Below, piece by piece: positions 18,710 to 29,140 of a stretch of DNA of 64,000 bases. This stretch comes from Flavobacteriales bacterium. GTDB taxonomy: Bacteria; Bacteroidota; Bacteroidia; Flavobacteriales_F; PHOS-HE28. The position numbers and the translations under genes were made by a program. Each line of letters opens with the position of its first letter. Positions within the stretch are counted from its first letter, which is position 1. The stretch covers positions 91,553 to 155,552 of the forward strand of contig JACJZG010000008.1 of assembly GCA_020635715.1 (NCBI GenBank), written 5' to 3'. The notes beneath the pieces are model-generated. The model was not told the DNA's origin. It was given only the letters and a program-made list of their open reading frames with translations, and did no database searches.

Positions 18710-18772
18710 TCCTGTTGTGCCATGGGATGGGTCGAGCAGCCCGCTTCCCCACCACCTTCCATCACTTCCCGC

Positions 18773-18780
18773 TATTTTTG
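18773..18780 (+). promoter_or_regulatory. Candidate -7 box TATTTTTG upstream of the YebC-family gene
   Basis: Matches TAnnTTTG and ends 26 nt before the ATG at 18806. Confidence 0.35.
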
Positions 18781-18805
18781 CGGTTTCCAACCTGAACGCA
18801 CCGCC

Positions 18806-19558
18806 ATGGGCCGCATTTTCGAGAAACGCAAGCACAAGATCTTCGCCCGCAACGCCAAGCTGAGCAAGCTCTTCACCCGCATCGGCAAGGAGATCGCCAT
18901 GAGCGTGAAGGCCGGTGGGCCCAACCCCGAGGCCAATTCCCGGTTGAAGATGGCCATTCAGAACGCCCGCGGGGCCAACATGCCCAAGGACAACATCGAC
19001 CGGGCGATCAAGAAGGCGGCCGGTGGCGGTGAGGCGGACTACAGCGAGATGACCTACGAGGGCTACGCGCCCGGTGGTGTGGCGGTCTTCGTGGAAACGG
19101 CCACCAACAACCCCACGCGCACCGTGGCCAACGTGCGCAGCTTCTTCAGCAAGTGCGATGGCACCCTGGGTACGAGCGGCTCGCTCTCCCATGTCTTCGA
19201 CCGCAAGGCCGAATTCGTGATCGAGACCGCCGCCTTGAAGGACAAGGACTCCGACGAGTTCGAGATGGAGTGCATCGACGCCGGCGCCGAGGACGTGATC
19301 CACGACGAGGAAGGCATCGTGATCCTGGCACCCTACACCGCTTTCGGCAGCATGGCCCAGAAGCTCGAACAGCTCGGCGTGGAATCGAAGAGCGCCGAGC
19401 TCAAGCGCTTCCCGCTCTCCACCATCCCGGTGGACCTGGACACCGCCAGGAACGTGATGAAGCTGGTGGACATGCTGGAGGAGGACGACGATGTGAACGC
19501 CGTCTACCACAACATGGAGCTTACCGAGGAGGTGGAGGAGGCGCTGGCCAACGGCTGA
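18806..19558 (+). CDS. YebC/PmpR family DNA-binding transcriptional regulator
   Basis: Trimmed to MGRIFEKRKHKIFARNAKLSKLFTRIGKEI. Full-length family pattern including NPTRTVANVR. Confidence 0.93.
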   Translation: MGRIFEKRKHKIFARNAKLSKLFTRIGKEIAMSVKAGGPNPEANSRLKMAIQNARGANMPKDNIDRAIKKAAGGGEADYSEMTYEGYAPGGVAVFVETATNNPTRTVANVRSFFSKCDGTLGTSGSLSHVFDRKAEFVIETAALKDKDSDEFEMECIDAGAEDVIHDEEGIVILAPYTAFGSMAQKLEQLGVESKSAELKRFPLSTIPVDLDTARNVMKLVDMLEEDDDVNAVYHNMELTEEVEEALANG

Positions 19559-19562
19559 TCCA

Positions 19563-21488
19563 TCACCCCCTGTTCAGAAGCGTCCGGAATCGGATGTGGT
19601 AGTGCGTGCCCTGGTCGCCGCCCTGCACCGTCATGCGGCCGTTCAACTGTTCCACCAGGCTCTCGATCAGGGAGACACCGAGCGTGGTACCGTCCGTCTG
19701 CATCTTCTCCAACGGAATGCCCACCCCATCGTCCGTGTAGACCAGATCGAAGGCGCCTTCGCCCGCTTCACTGATGGCAAGCTCGATAAGTCCTGAGGCG
19801 CGTCCCGTGAAGGCGTGCTTGAAGGAGTTGGTGATGAGCTCGTTCAACAGCAGGCCCAGCGGTACCATGGTGTGCAGGTCGAAGGTCAGGTCCTTGGCGA
19901 TGTGCGTGCGGTACTCGATCTGGTCATCCACATCATTCACCTCCACCAGGTCGGCGAACAATTCGCGGATGTACAGGGCCACGTCCACCGTGGCCAGCTC
20001 ATCACCCTTGTAGAGCTTCTCGTGGATCAGGGCCATGCTGGTGACCCGGCTCTGGCTCTGGTCGAAGGCGTGCTGCAGGCGCTCATCAGCGATGGTGCCG
20101 GCCTGCAAACGCAGCAGGCTGGCGATCACCTGCAGGTTGTTCTTCACCCGGTGGTGCATCTCCTTGATCAGCACCGTGATGCGCTCATTCGCCTGTTCCA
20201 GCTTCTCCTTCTCGGCCTGCAGGGCGGCGTTCTGTTCATTGTCCCGGATGCGCGCCGCCTTGAGGTTCTCCCGCATGCGCGAGAGCGATAGGCCGAGCAC
20301 GTCCTGCCGGCCACGCACCGGGACCGGCGTGTCGTAATCGCCCTTGCCGATGGCTTCCGCGCTGCTGGCCTGCGCGCGGATGTTGTCGATCATGCCGTTG
20401 AACGAGAGCGCCATCTGCCCGATCTCATCCGTGCTGCTCACCGGCACCTTCGCACTGATGTCCCCCGTGGCCAGCGAACGCGCGGCGTGCGTCACTTCGT
20501 TCACGGTGTTGCGCAGGCCGCGCAGGATCACCACGCCCATGATGGTGACCGCGCCCACCACGCCGAGCAGCGCGGCCAGTACGATGAAGAGGCGCAGTTC
20601 GGCGCTGCGCGAGTTGGCGGCTGTGCTCTCCCGGATCAGGCCCAGGGAGCTGTCCTCCACGAGCTTCAGCTTCTCCAGCGCCTGCAGGCTCAGCTCCCAC
20701 CACTGGCGCGGTGCGAGGCCGAGCGGATCCACCGTGCGTCGCTCCTTCACCGTGCCGATCAACGCACGGAGGAAATTCACATCTGGCCCTTGGAAGAGCT
20801 GTCGGTAGGCCTTCATCACCTCCGGCCGGGCATCGCGCTCGAAGAGCAGCAGGTTGGTCTCGTACGTGGAGATGAGGTCGTTGATCTCGCCCTGGTCGCT
20901 CTCTGTCATCACACCACGCGATCCGATGCTGAGCCGGTCGCGCACCATGCATAGCGCCTGCTTGGCGTTGAGCAGCCGCTGGTGTGCGTACATCCACGAC
21001 TGGGTCTCCGGATCGAGCCCTGTACGCACGATGCGTCCCATCTCATCCAACAGACGCTGGTCCATGGCCCCATAACTGCGGCCCGCCGCTTCGGGGTCGA
21101 TGCGCCGCTCCGCCACCCGCCCGCGCAGGATGTTCAGCCCGTCGAAGGGCAGACCACCCATCACCGTGGGGTCGTTCGGATGCGTGGGGTCCCGCAGCTC
21201 CGCGATGCTGGCATTGGTGCGCTGATGCTGTACGGTGAGTTTGATGGAGGTGACGGGCTTGCCCGTGAGGTAGCCCACCGACAGGGCGCTCTCCCGCTGA
21301 AGCTCATGGATGACCTCGGCGAAGCGACCGATCAGAGCGCTCTGCTGCTCCACATAGTCCATCACGTCCAGCCGCTTGATGCTCGAATCGACCTGCTTCC
21401 CGATCAACAACACCATGCCCACCACCGGGATGCCCAGGGTGATCATGAACTTGGTCCGGATGGGGAGGTCCGCGAAGCGCCAGCGCAT
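19563..21488 (-). CDS. Sensor histidine kinase: NIT-like sensor, HAMP, HisKA_2-type H-box, HATPase
   Basis: Start set at [33 protein letters not shown]-like hallmark [16 protein letters not shown] second TM segment and a HAMP domain follow. H-box [18 protein letters not shown]. Confidence 0.85.
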   Translation of the reverse strand: MRWRFADLPIRTKFMITLGIPVVGMVLLIGKQVDSSIKRLDVMDYVEQQSALIGRFAEVIHELQRESALSVGYLTGKPVTSIKLTVQHQRTNASIAELRDPTHPNDPTVMGGLPFDGLNILRGRVAERRIDPEAAGRSYGAMDQRLLDEMGRIVRTGLDPETQSWMYAHQRLLNAKQALCMVRDRLSIGSRGVMTESDQGEINDLISTYETNLLLFERDARPEVMKAYRQLFQGPDVNFLRALIGTVKERRTVDPLGLAPRQWWELSLQALEKLKLVEDSSLGLIRESTAANSRSAELRLFIVLAALLGVVGAVTIMGVVILRGLRNTVNEVTHAARSLATGDISAKVPVSSTDEIGQMALSFNGMIDNIRAQASSAEAIGKGDYDTPVPVRGRQDVLGLSLSRMRENLKAARIRDNEQNAALQAEKEKLEQANERITVLIKEMHHRVKNNLQVIASLLRLQAGTIADERLQHAFDQSQSRVTSMALIHEKLYKGDELATVDVALYIRELFADLVEVNDVDDQIEYRTHIAKDLTFDLHTMVPLGLLLNELITNSFKHAFTGRASGLIELAISEAGEGAFDLVYTDDGVGIPLEKMQTDGTTLGVSLIESLVEQLNGRMTVQGGDQGTHYHIRFRTLLNRG

Positions 21489-21528
21489 CGTGCCGAAAGT
21501 ACAGCGCACCGCGCTTGCCAAGGGCTTC

Positions 21529-21536
21529 TACCTTTG
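21529..21536 (+). promoter_or_regulatory. Candidate -7 box TACCTTTG upstream of the carboxyltransferase gene
   Basis: Exact TAnnTTTG match ending 31 nt before the ATG at 21567. Confidence 0.4.
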
Positions 21537-21566
21537 GCCGCAACGGCCCCGGGCCGGTCAACACAC

Positions 21567-23108
21567 ATGAAGGATCAATTCGAGGCGCTCGACGCACGGA
21601 CTGCGGAAGCGCTGCTGGGTGGCGGCCAGGACCGCATCGCTGCACAACACAAGAAGGGGAAGTTGACCGCGCGCGAGCGGATCGATCTGCTGCTCGACGA
21701 AGGCAGCTTCCAGGAGATCGGCCAGCTCGTCACCCACCGGAGCGACAACTTCGGATTGGACAAGCAGGTCTTCCTGGGCGATGGGGTGGTCACGGGCCAT
21801 GGCCGCATCGATGGTCGCCTCGTCTACGTGTTCTCCCAGGACTTCACCGTGCTGGGCGGATCGCTCGCCGAAGCCCATGCCGCCAAGATCTGCCGGATCA
21901 TGGACCTTGCCATGCAGAACGGCGCTCCCGTGATCGGCCTCAACGACAGCGGCGGTGCGCGCATCCAGGAAGGGGTGGTCAGCCTCGCGGGTTATGCCGA
22001 CATCTTCTACCGCAACGTGCGCAGCAGCGGCGTGGTCCCGCAGATCAGCGCCATCCTGGGACCCTGTGCCGGCGGTGCCGTGTACAGCCCGGCCCTCACC
22101 GATTTCGTGATGATGACCGAGGGCACGAGCTACATGTTCGTGACCGGGCCCAATGTGGTGAAGACCGTGACCCATGAGGAGGTGAGCAGCGAGGACCTCG
22201 GTGGCGCCTCCACCCATGCGTCCAAAAGTGGTGTGGCCCACTTCACCGCACCCAATGAGCTCGATGCCATCCGCCAGCTCCGCCAGCTCATCTCCTACAT
22301 CCCGAGCAACTGCGAGGAGGACCCGCCCGTGGTGGACTACCAGCCCGGCGATGAACTGCGGCCCGAGCTCGACACCATCATCCCGGACAATCCGAACCAG
22401 CCCTACGACATCCGCGAAGTGCTCAATGCCGTGATCGATCCGGACAGCAGCATGGAAGTGCATGCGGACTATGCCCGCAACATGGTCATCGGCTTCGCAC
22501 GCGTGGCCGGCCGCACCGTGGGCTGTGTGGCGAACCAGCCAGCCACGCTCGCCGGTGTGCTCGATATCGACGCCAGTGTCAAGGCCGCGCGCTTCGTGCG
22601 CTTCTGCGATGCCTTCAACATACCCTTGCTCGTCTTCGTGGATGTGCCCGGCTTCCTGCCGGGCACGGACCAGGAATGGCGCGGCATCATCAACCACGGA
22701 GCGAAACTGCTTTATGCCTTCAGCGAGGCCACCGTGCCACGGATCACCGTCATCACGCGTAAGGCCTATGGCGGCGCGTATGATGTGATGAACTCCAAAC
22801 ACATCGGGGCGGACATGAACTTCGCATGGCCCGGCGCGGAGATCGCCGTGATGGGCGCGAAGGGTGCGGCGGAGATCATCTTCAAGGGTGAGATAGCGAA
22901 GGCCAGCGACCCCGCCGCCAAGCTGGCCGAGAAGGAGGCCGAGTACAAGGAACAGTTCGCCAACCCCTACGAAGCGGCCGCACGCGGTTATGTGGATGCG
23001 GTGATCCGTCCCTCCGAGACGCGGAAGCACATCATCGCCTCGCTCGACATGCTGCGCAACAAAGTGGAGAAGCTCCCGCGCAAGAAGCACGGGAACATCC
23101 CGCTCTGA
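21567..23108 (+). CDS. Acyl-CoA carboxylase carboxyltransferase (beta) subunit, propionyl-CoA carboxylase / methylmalonyl-CoA carboxyltransferase family
   Basis: ORF 20982..23108 trimmed to [14 protein letters not shown]. The upstream extension is antisense to the kinase gene. The family-wide pattern is present ([39 protein letters not shown]). Confidence 0.93.
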   Translation: MKDQFEALDARTAEALLGGGQDRIAAQHKKGKLTARERIDLLLDEGSFQEIGQLVTHRSDNFGLDKQVFLGDGVVTGHGRIDGRLVYVFSQDFTVLGGSLAEAHAAKICRIMDLAMQNGAPVIGLNDSGGARIQEGVVSLAGYADIFYRNVRSSGVVPQISAILGPCAGGAVYSPALTDFVMMTEGTSYMFVTGPNVVKTVTHEEVSSEDLGGASTHASKSGVAHFTAPNELDAIRQLRQLISYIPSNCEEDPPVVDYQPGDELRPELDTIIPDNPNQPYDIREVLNAVIDPDSSMEVHADYARNMVIGFARVAGRTVGCVANQPATLAGVLDIDASVKAARFVRFCDAFNIPLLVFVDVPGFLPGTDQEWRGIINHGAKLLYAFSEATVPRITVITRKAYGGAYDVMNSKHIGADMNFAWPGAEIAVMGAKGAAEIIFKGEIAKASDPAAKLAEKEAEYKEQFANPYEAAARGYVDAVIRPSETRKHIIASLDMLRNKVEKLPRKKHGNIPL

Positions 23109-23136
23109 TCCGCGTATCAAGGGCTTCGCCTCGCAC

Positions 23137-24006
23137 ATGAAGTTCACCGTCGTCACGCCCAGTTTCGGGCAGCTCCGCTACCTCCGCCTCAACGCCGCTT
23201 CCGTGGCCGATCAACGCGCACCGGGCATCGAGGTGGAGCACATCGTGCAGGATGGCGGCAGCAAGGATGGCACCCGCGAGTGGCTGAAGGAGCAGGCCCT
23301 GATCACCGCGGTGCCCGAACCCGACGAGGGCATGTACGACGCCATCAACCGCGGCATCATGAAGGGGACCGGCGAGGTCTTCTCCTGGCTGAATTGCGAC
23401 GAGCAATACCTGCCCGGAACGCTGGCGGCGGTCCAGGCCTATTTCGAGCAACACCCGGAGGTCGACATGGTCGCGGGTGATACCATCGTGGTGGATGCAC
23501 AGGGTGCCTACCAATGCCATCGCAAGGCCGTGGTGCCTACCACCGGGATCCTCCGCCTTGGTCGTACACCCGTGCAGAGCTGCTCCCTCTTCTTCCGTGC
23601 CCGGCTCGTGAAGGGCCAAGGCGCCGTGCTCTTCGATCCGCAATGGAAGGCCATGGGCGACTGGGCCTGGCTGCGTGATCAGGATGCACGTGGAGCGCGG
23701 ATGGAACGCCTGCCACGCTTCCTGGCCACCTTCGTGGACGATGGCGGTAACCTCGGCATGAGCCCCCAGGCGATCAAGGAGACCCGCGCGGTGTACGGAG
23801 CCCTCAGCACCTGGCACCGCGCCACGGAATACGTGGTGCGCGGCGCGGACTATCTGCGCAAGTTCTTGGATGGGTATTACTCCCAGAAGCCCTTCGACTA
23901 CGCGATCTATGAGGCGGATGGTTCACGCCCCTCCGGTGTCTCCGCCGAGCGGCGCGTTCGCCATGTGGCCAGGCCAACCTGGCATTGGAAGGGCCGGGCG
24001 CACTGA
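23137..24006 (+). CDS. Glycosyltransferase family 2 protein
   Basis: GT-A N-terminal pattern FTVVTPSFGQ...QDGGSKDGT...NCDEQY. Confidence 0.8.
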   Translation: MKFTVVTPSFGQLRYLRLNAASVADQRAPGIEVEHIVQDGGSKDGTREWLKEQALITAVPEPDEGMYDAINRGIMKGTGEVFSWLNCDEQYLPGTLAAVQAYFEQHPEVDMVAGDTIVVDAQGAYQCHRKAVVPTTGILRLGRTPVQSCSLFFRARLVKGQGAVLFDPQWKAMGDWAWLRDQDARGARMERLPRFLATFVDDGGNLGMSPQAIKETRAVYGALSTWHRATEYVVRGADYLRKFLDGYYSQKPFDYAIYEADGSRPSGVSAERRVRHVARPTWHWKGRAH

Positions 24007-24139
24007 GTCGCCCGAGGGCCTTTACCCTGTTTCCAGCCTCGGATAACTTGCGGCCCCAACGCGACGCTTCAAGGTTCACGCGTGCTGGCAGGTCATCCTT
24101 CGTCGGCATGTCCGGGCCAACGGCGCACGTGGTGCAGTT

Positions 24140-26104
24140 ATGGTCCAACGTATGGCCCCTCTCCCTTCAGCCTTCATGGCGGTTGCCATGTGCTCTGCGG
24201 TCATGGACCTCGGTGCTCAACAGGACCCCACCTGGCCGGAGGTCCGCCGGATGAAGGAGGATACCGCCAAGGTCATCCAGCTGTCCGACCTGTGCTTCGG
24301 TTACCGGAGGAAGGATCCGGACTCGGCCCTGTTCTTCGGCGGACAGGCACTTGATCTGGCCCGAAAGCTTCGCTACCCCAAAGGGGAGGCACAAGCCTTG
24401 AACGACCTGGCCATCATCCACCTTGATCGTAGTGCGTTCGCCGAGGCGGATAGTGCGCTGCGTGCGGCCCTGCGCATCCGCACCCGCATCGGCGATGAAG
24501 AAGGGGTGGGAGCCGTGCATAACAAACTGGGCAACCTCTACCAATCGCAGCTCCGACTGGAGGAAGCGCTGGAAGAGAACCGACGGGCACTGGCCATCTT
24601 CGAACGCCTGGATCAGCGGGCGAAGTCGGCGATCATCCTGAGCAATATCGCCATCCTCGAATTCAATCTCGGGCAGAACGAGCAAGCCTTGAAGGATCAT
24701 CGTACAGCCGCCGCGGTCCGGGGATCCCTCGGCGATAGCGTCGGCCTGGCCATCTCACAAGGCAACATGGCCAATGTGATGCTCGCCATGGGGGATACGG
24801 CCGAAGCGCTCACCATGCTCCAACGGGCGGGCGGCGTCTTTCGCGCACGGAACATGGAACTGGAGTACGCCGTGCAGGCACACAATGAGGCAGGGGTGCG
24901 CCTGGAACGTGGCGAGGTGCAGCGTGCCGCTGCCTTGTACGCGGAGGCGCTCGCCATCCGTGAGGCGGCCGGTGATCGCAAAGCCACCGCCTCATCCTTG
25001 ATCGGTCTTGCGGACGCCAGCGCACGGTCGGGACGGATGGGTGAGGCCCGGCGCCTGGCTTTGCGCGGGCTGGGGATCGCCACCGCGGTGGGCGCCACCA
25101 GTGAACAGATGAACGCCTATCGTACGCTCGCCCGCATCCACGCGCGGTCGGGGCACGCGGACAGCACCCTGACCTACCACGAACGTTTCGCCGCCCTGCG
25201 CGATTCCGTGTTCAGCTCGGAGAACGGCCGGCGGATCTCGGACCTGCAGGCGCGCCTGGGGATCGAACGAAAGGAACAGGAACTGCAGCAACAGCGGGCG
25301 GACATCAACGAGAAGAACCTGGCCATTGCCGAACTCGATCAAAGGGCTGAACGGCGGAGGTACCTGCTCATCCTCGCGGCATCGGGGATCGGTGCGGTGG
25401 GGCTGCTTGCGCTCTACCTGCTCCAGCGGCAGCGGCGGAGATCGGAGGCGCTGCGGCACGCCTCGGTGATCGCCGAACGGGAGCTGGGGCTGAAGGCCCT
25501 GGTCCACCGCACCGACGCGGAACGTAAGCGCATCGCCTCGGAACTGCACGACGGCGTGGGGCAGCTGCTCACCGGCCTCAAGTATCGCCTCCAAGCTGCC
25601 GCCAGTGAGGATGCCCGGCTCCAGACCGCACTGACCCTGGCCGACGAGGCCGGAAAAGAGGTCCGGGGCATCGCACATAGCATGATGCCGCGTGCCTTGG
25701 AGGAGACCGGACTGGTGCCGGCGCTCACGGACATGTTCTCACGCGCCTTGAACGTTCCCGGTCTGGAGCATCAGTTCGAGCATCACGGCATGGACCGACG
25801 GTTCGACCCCGGGATCGAGACCGGCATCTATCGCATCGCGCAGGAGGTGGTGAGCAATATCCTGAAACATGCCCATGCACAACGGGTGGATGTGCAGCTG
25901 CTCGTCAATCAAGGCGCCATCGTGCTGATCATGGAGGATGATGGTGTCGGCTTCGATCCCGCCCGCATGGGTCAGGGATTGGGTCTCCGTAATCTGAAGG
26001 ACCGAGCACGCATCATGAACGGCAACATCGATCTTTCGGCCCGCGAGGGCGGTGGTACGGTGGTGATGCTGCGTGTACCCTTGTCCGCAAGCACTGCAAC
26101 ATGA
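24140..26104 (+). CDS. TPR-repeat sensor histidine kinase (HisKA_3 / NarX-type)
   Basis: N-terminal signal/TM segment, multiple TPR-like repeats, and a TM segment (YLLILAASGIGAVGLLALYLL). H-box ELHDGVGQLL, followed by HATPase_c. Confidence 0.88.
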   Translation: MVQRMAPLPSAFMAVAMCSAVMDLGAQQDPTWPEVRRMKEDTAKVIQLSDLCFGYRRKDPDSALFFGGQALDLARKLRYPKGEAQALNDLAIIHLDRSAFAEADSALRAALRIRTRIGDEEGVGAVHNKLGNLYQSQLRLEEALEENRRALAIFERLDQRAKSAIILSNIAILEFNLGQNEQALKDHRTAAAVRGSLGDSVGLAISQGNMANVMLAMGDTAEALTMLQRAGGVFRARNMELEYAVQAHNEAGVRLERGEVQRAAALYAEALAIREAAGDRKATASSLIGLADASARSGRMGEARRLALRGLGIATAVGATSEQMNAYRTLARIHARSGHADSTLTYHERFAALRDSVFSSENGRRISDLQARLGIERKEQELQQQRADINEKNLAIAELDQRAERRRYLLILAASGIGAVGLLALYLLQRQRRRSEALRHASVIAERELGLKALVHRTDAERKRIASELHDGVGQLLTGLKYRLQAAASEDARLQTALTLADEAGKEVRGIAHSMMPRALEETGLVPALTDMFSRALNVPGLEHQFEHHGMDRRFDPGIETGIYRIAQEVVSNILKHAHAQRVDVQLLVNQGAIVLIMEDDGVGFDPARMGQGLGLRNLKDRARIMNGNIDLSAREGGGTVVMLRVPLSASTAT

Positions 26105-26742
26105 ACGATCCGATCCGTGTGGCCATCTGCGATGATCACCGTGTGGTGACCGAGGCGCTGAGCGAACTGATCAACGCGATGTCCGGTGTCGATTGCGTGG
26201 GCACCGCCGGGAACGGGGAGGAGGCGCTCTTCATGCTCAAGCATATCCAGGTGGACGTGTTGCTCACCGACCTGGACATGCCCGGTATGGACGGCTTCGA
26301 ACTCGCGCCCAAAGCACGGGCCGAGCGTCCCGGGATCCGCATCCTGGTGCTCACCATGCACGATGAGCCTGCGCTCGTGCAACGTGCGGCGGAGATCGGC
26401 GCGGATGGCTATGTGCTCAAGAGCGCCGGCAGGGACGAGCTCCTGCTCGCCATTCGTGAGGTGCATGCCGGTCGTCGGTACTTCAGCGGAACGGTCACGA
26501 GCAAGTTGTTGGATGGCAGTGGGCCTGCGACCACCTCCACGCTGCTCCAGGACCTGAGCACCCGGGAGATCGAGGTGCTCGCAGCGCTGGCCGAGGGCCT
26601 CGGCAACAAGGAGATCGGCGCGCGCCTTTTCATCAGCCCGCGCACCGTGGACACCCACCGTACGAACCTCATGCGCAAGCTGGACACCCACAACCTGGCC
26701 GGTCTGGTGCGCATCGCCATCAAGGCCGGCCTGGTCCGATAA
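26101..26742 (+). CDS. NarL/LuxR-family response regulator
   Basis: ATGA overlap with the kinase stop. Receiver domain (CDDH, LTDLDMPGMDG) plus a LuxR-type HTH (REIEVLAALAEGLGNKEIGARLFISPRTVDTHRTNLMRKL). Confidence 0.93.
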   Translation: MNDPIRVAICDDHRVVTEALSELINAMSGVDCVGTAGNGEEALFMLKHIQVDVLLTDLDMPGMDGFELAPKARAERPGIRILVLTMHDEPALVQRAAEIGADGYVLKSAGRDELLLAIREVHAGRRYFSGTVTSKLLDGSGPATTSTLLQDLSTREIEVLAALAEGLGNKEIGARLFISPRTVDTHRTNLMRKLDTHNLAGLVRIAIKAGLVR

Positions 26743-26838
26743 GCTCCCCCGGGCGTTGGGCGGCCTGTCCGTTCGGGTTTCTTAACAGCGGTGCGCCCGG
26801 CAGGGACCCTAACTTCGGACCGAACACAACTCTTCACC

Positions 26839-27477
26839 ATGCTCTTCAAAGTCGCCTCCCTGCTGGCCATCGGCGCCCTCGCCACGATGCCCCACGACCC
26901 GCTCCCCGATCTTGAGATCGGCACCAGCCTTCCCGCTTCGGACACCCGGATGAAGGATGTCAGCGGTAAGGAACTTTCACTGAAGGACGCGGCCGGGACG
27001 AACGGTCTGCTGGTGATCTTCTCGTGTAACACCTGCCCCTTCGTGATCGGTAACGAGGACAGCCAGGGTTGGGAGGGCCGCTACCCGGAACTCGCCGCCT
27101 ACACCCAACGACACGGCGTGGGCATCATCTTCGTGAACAGCAACACCGCCAAGCGGGAGAACGGTGATGGGTTCGCTGACATGCAGGCACGCTACAAGGA
27201 GAAGAAGTACGCCGGACACTACGTGCTGGATGAGGGGAACAAGGTGGCCGATGCCTTCGGCGCACGTACCACCCCGCATGTCTTCCTCTTCGACAAGGAT
27301 CTCAAGCTCGCCTACAAAGGCGCCATCGATGACAATGTGGGGGATGCCTCCGCCGTGAAGGAGCGCTACGTGGAGAAGGCCGTGGCCAACGTGGCCGCAG
27401 GCAAGTCCGCCGATCCCGCCGTCACGCGCAACATCGGCTGCAGCATCAAACGCGTGGCCGTGGAACACAAGCATTGA
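26839..27477 (+). CDS. Thioredoxin-fold thiol-disulfide oxidoreductase (redoxin family)
   Basis: Trimmed to MLFKVASLLAIGALA. CxxC motif in FSCNTCPF. Confidence 0.8.
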   Translation: MLFKVASLLAIGALATMPHDPLPDLEIGTSLPASDTRMKDVSGKELSLKDAAGTNGLLVIFSCNTCPFVIGNEDSQGWEGRYPELAAYTQRHGVGIIFVNSNTAKRENGDGFADMQARYKEKKYAGHYVLDEGNKVADAFGARTTPHVFLFDKDLKLAYKGAIDDNVGDASAVKERYVEKAVANVAAGKSADPAVTRNIGCSIKRVAVEHKH

Positions 27478-27491
27478 TCGTTCATGCTGAG

Positions 27492-27535
27492 CAACGCCGC
27501 GTCATGCATGCATGGCGCGGCGTTGTTCATTTGTT
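27492..27535 (+). terminator. Perfect 10-bp GC-rich hairpin with T-rich tail after the redoxin gene
   Basis: caacgccgcg-(14-nt loop)-cgcggcgttg, followed by ttcatttgtt. Confidence 0.55.
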
Positions 27536-27595
27536 GAAAACAATGTGCGGGACGCCCGCAGGGTGGGCTGTTCCTTTGCGTCAATTGACTTCCGG

Positions 27596-28909
27596 ATGAA
27601 CGTTCTATTGATCGGTGGAGGCGGCCGCGAACACGCCATGGCCTGGAAGATCGCCCAGAGCTCATTGCTGGACGAGCTCTACATCGCGCCGGGGAACCCG
27701 GGCACCGTGCGCCATGGCCGCAATGTGCCGCTGGACCTTCACGACCAGAAGAAACTGCGCGCCTTCCTCCTCGAGAAACGCATCCGTATCGTGGTGGTGG
27801 GGCCCGAGGACCCTTTGGTCGACGGCCTTCATGACCGCATCGCCGGGGATCCCGAACTGAAGGACGTCACCGTGATCGGACCCCGGAAGGAAGGAGCTCG
27901 GCTCGAAGGCAGCAAGGACTTCGCGAAGGAGTTCATGTTCCGCCACAACATCCCGACCGCCGCGCACCGCAGCTTCGGCAAGGGTCAGCTGCAGGAGGCC
28001 ATCGACCACATCGAACGGTCGCCCGCGCCCTATGTGCTCAAGGCGGATGGACTGGCTTCGGGCAAGGGCGTGGTGATCACCAGCGACAAGAAGGAGGCGG
28101 CCAAGGTGCTGAAGGACATGCTGCAGGACGGCCGCTTCGGCGCGGCTGGTGAGCGCGTGGTGATCGAGCAGTTCCTCAAGGGCATCGAGGTGTCCGCCTT
28201 CCTCATCACCGATGGGGACTCCTTCAAGATGCTGCCGGCCGCCAAGGACTACAAGCGCATCGGTGCAGGTGATACCGGACCGAACACCGGTGGCATGGGT
28301 GCGGTATCCCCGGTTCCCTTCGCCGACCGTGACTTCATGCAGAAGGTGCACGACCGCGTGGCGGCACCCACCATCCGCGGTCTGAAGAAGGACGGCATCC
28401 CCTACAGCGGATTCCTCTTCATGGGCCTGATGAACGTGAACGGTGAGCCGTACGTGATCGAATACAACGTGCGCCTCGGCGACCCTGAGACCCAGGCCAT
28501 ACTGCCCCGCCTGCGCAGCGATCTGCTGGACCTCTTCGAGGGTATCGCCACCGCAACGCTCAGCGAGCGCCATGTGGATGTGGATGACCGCACCGCCGTC
28601 TCCATCGTTCTGGCAAGTGAAGGCTACCCGGGTGAATACGCGACGGGAGCACCGATCGTGGGCATGGAGCTCGTACGCGAGGCCTATGTGTTCCAGAGCG
28701 GCACCGCAACGAAAGGAGACGAGTTGGTGACCGCCGGCGGACGTGTGCTCACCGTCACCGCCTTTGGAAAGGACCTGGAGCAGGCCATCATGAGCGCACA
28801 GCGTTCAGCCGCGCTCATCGACTTCGAAGGACGCTACCTGCGTCCGGACATCGGGTTCGATCTGGTGAAGCAACCGTCCACCAAAGCAGCACCACCAGTG
28901 GCCCGTTAG
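27596..28909 (+). CDS. purD: Phosphoribosylamine-glycine ligase
   Basis: Trimmed to MNVLLIGGGGREHAMAWK. GARS N-terminal, ATP-grasp and C-terminal regions are recognisable throughout. Confidence 0.96.
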   Translation: MNVLLIGGGGREHAMAWKIAQSSLLDELYIAPGNPGTVRHGRNVPLDLHDQKKLRAFLLEKRIRIVVVGPEDPLVDGLHDRIAGDPELKDVTVIGPRKEGARLEGSKDFAKEFMFRHNIPTAAHRSFGKGQLQEAIDHIERSPAPYVLKADGLASGKGVVITSDKKEAAKVLKDMLQDGRFGAAGERVVIEQFLKGIEVSAFLITDGDSFKMLPAAKDYKRIGAGDTGPNTGGMGAVSPVPFADRDFMQKVHDRVAAPTIRGLKKDGIPYSGFLFMGLMNVNGEPYVIEYNVRLGDPETQAILPRLRSDLLDLFEGIATATLSERHVDVDDRTAVSIVLASEGYPGEYATGAPIVGMELVREAYVFQSGTATKGDELVTAGGRVLTVTAFGKDLEQAIMSAQRSAALIDFEGRYLRPDIGFDLVKQPSTKAAPPVAR

Positions 28910-29085
28910 GCCAGGGTGCCGTTCTGCCTGGCCTTGCGGTTGTAGCGGCCCTGCATGTTCAGCCAGTACACCAGGCCGAAACCCAGCACCAAGCTGAACA
29001 ACGTGACCGGCAACCAACCCATCCAGGACAGGACGCTCAAGGTCGCTTCGATGAAGTGGCCGATGGCGAATACGATCTTCTGCAT
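28906..29085 (-). CDS. Small (59 aa) two-TM membrane protein, not in the ORF track
   Basis: My translation is MQKIVFAIGHFIEATLSVLSWMGWLPVTLFSLVLGFGLVYWLNMQGRYNRKARQNGTLA. It has good G/C third-position bias, and its stop overlaps the purD stop convergently. Confidence 0.45.
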   Translation of the reverse strand: MQKIVFAIGHFIEATLSVLSWMGWLPVTLFSLVLGFGLVYWLNMQGRYNRKARQNGTLA

Positions 29086-29140
29086 CGTTCAGGAACTGTG
29101 ACCCGCCAAAGATAGACAGTCGCCCGGAACCCGCCCGCCT

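Noticed and set aside
20982-21566. Long N-terminal extensions in the ORF track, including 20982 for the carboxyltransferase, 29806 for purQ, 47376 for DUF3108, 27512 for purD, 18722 for the YebC-family gene, and 4710 for the EEP protein.
   Set aside because: The extensions overlap neighbouring genes or intergenic DNA and are compositionally shadow-like. An internal Met reproduces the conserved family N-terminus or a proper signal peptide.
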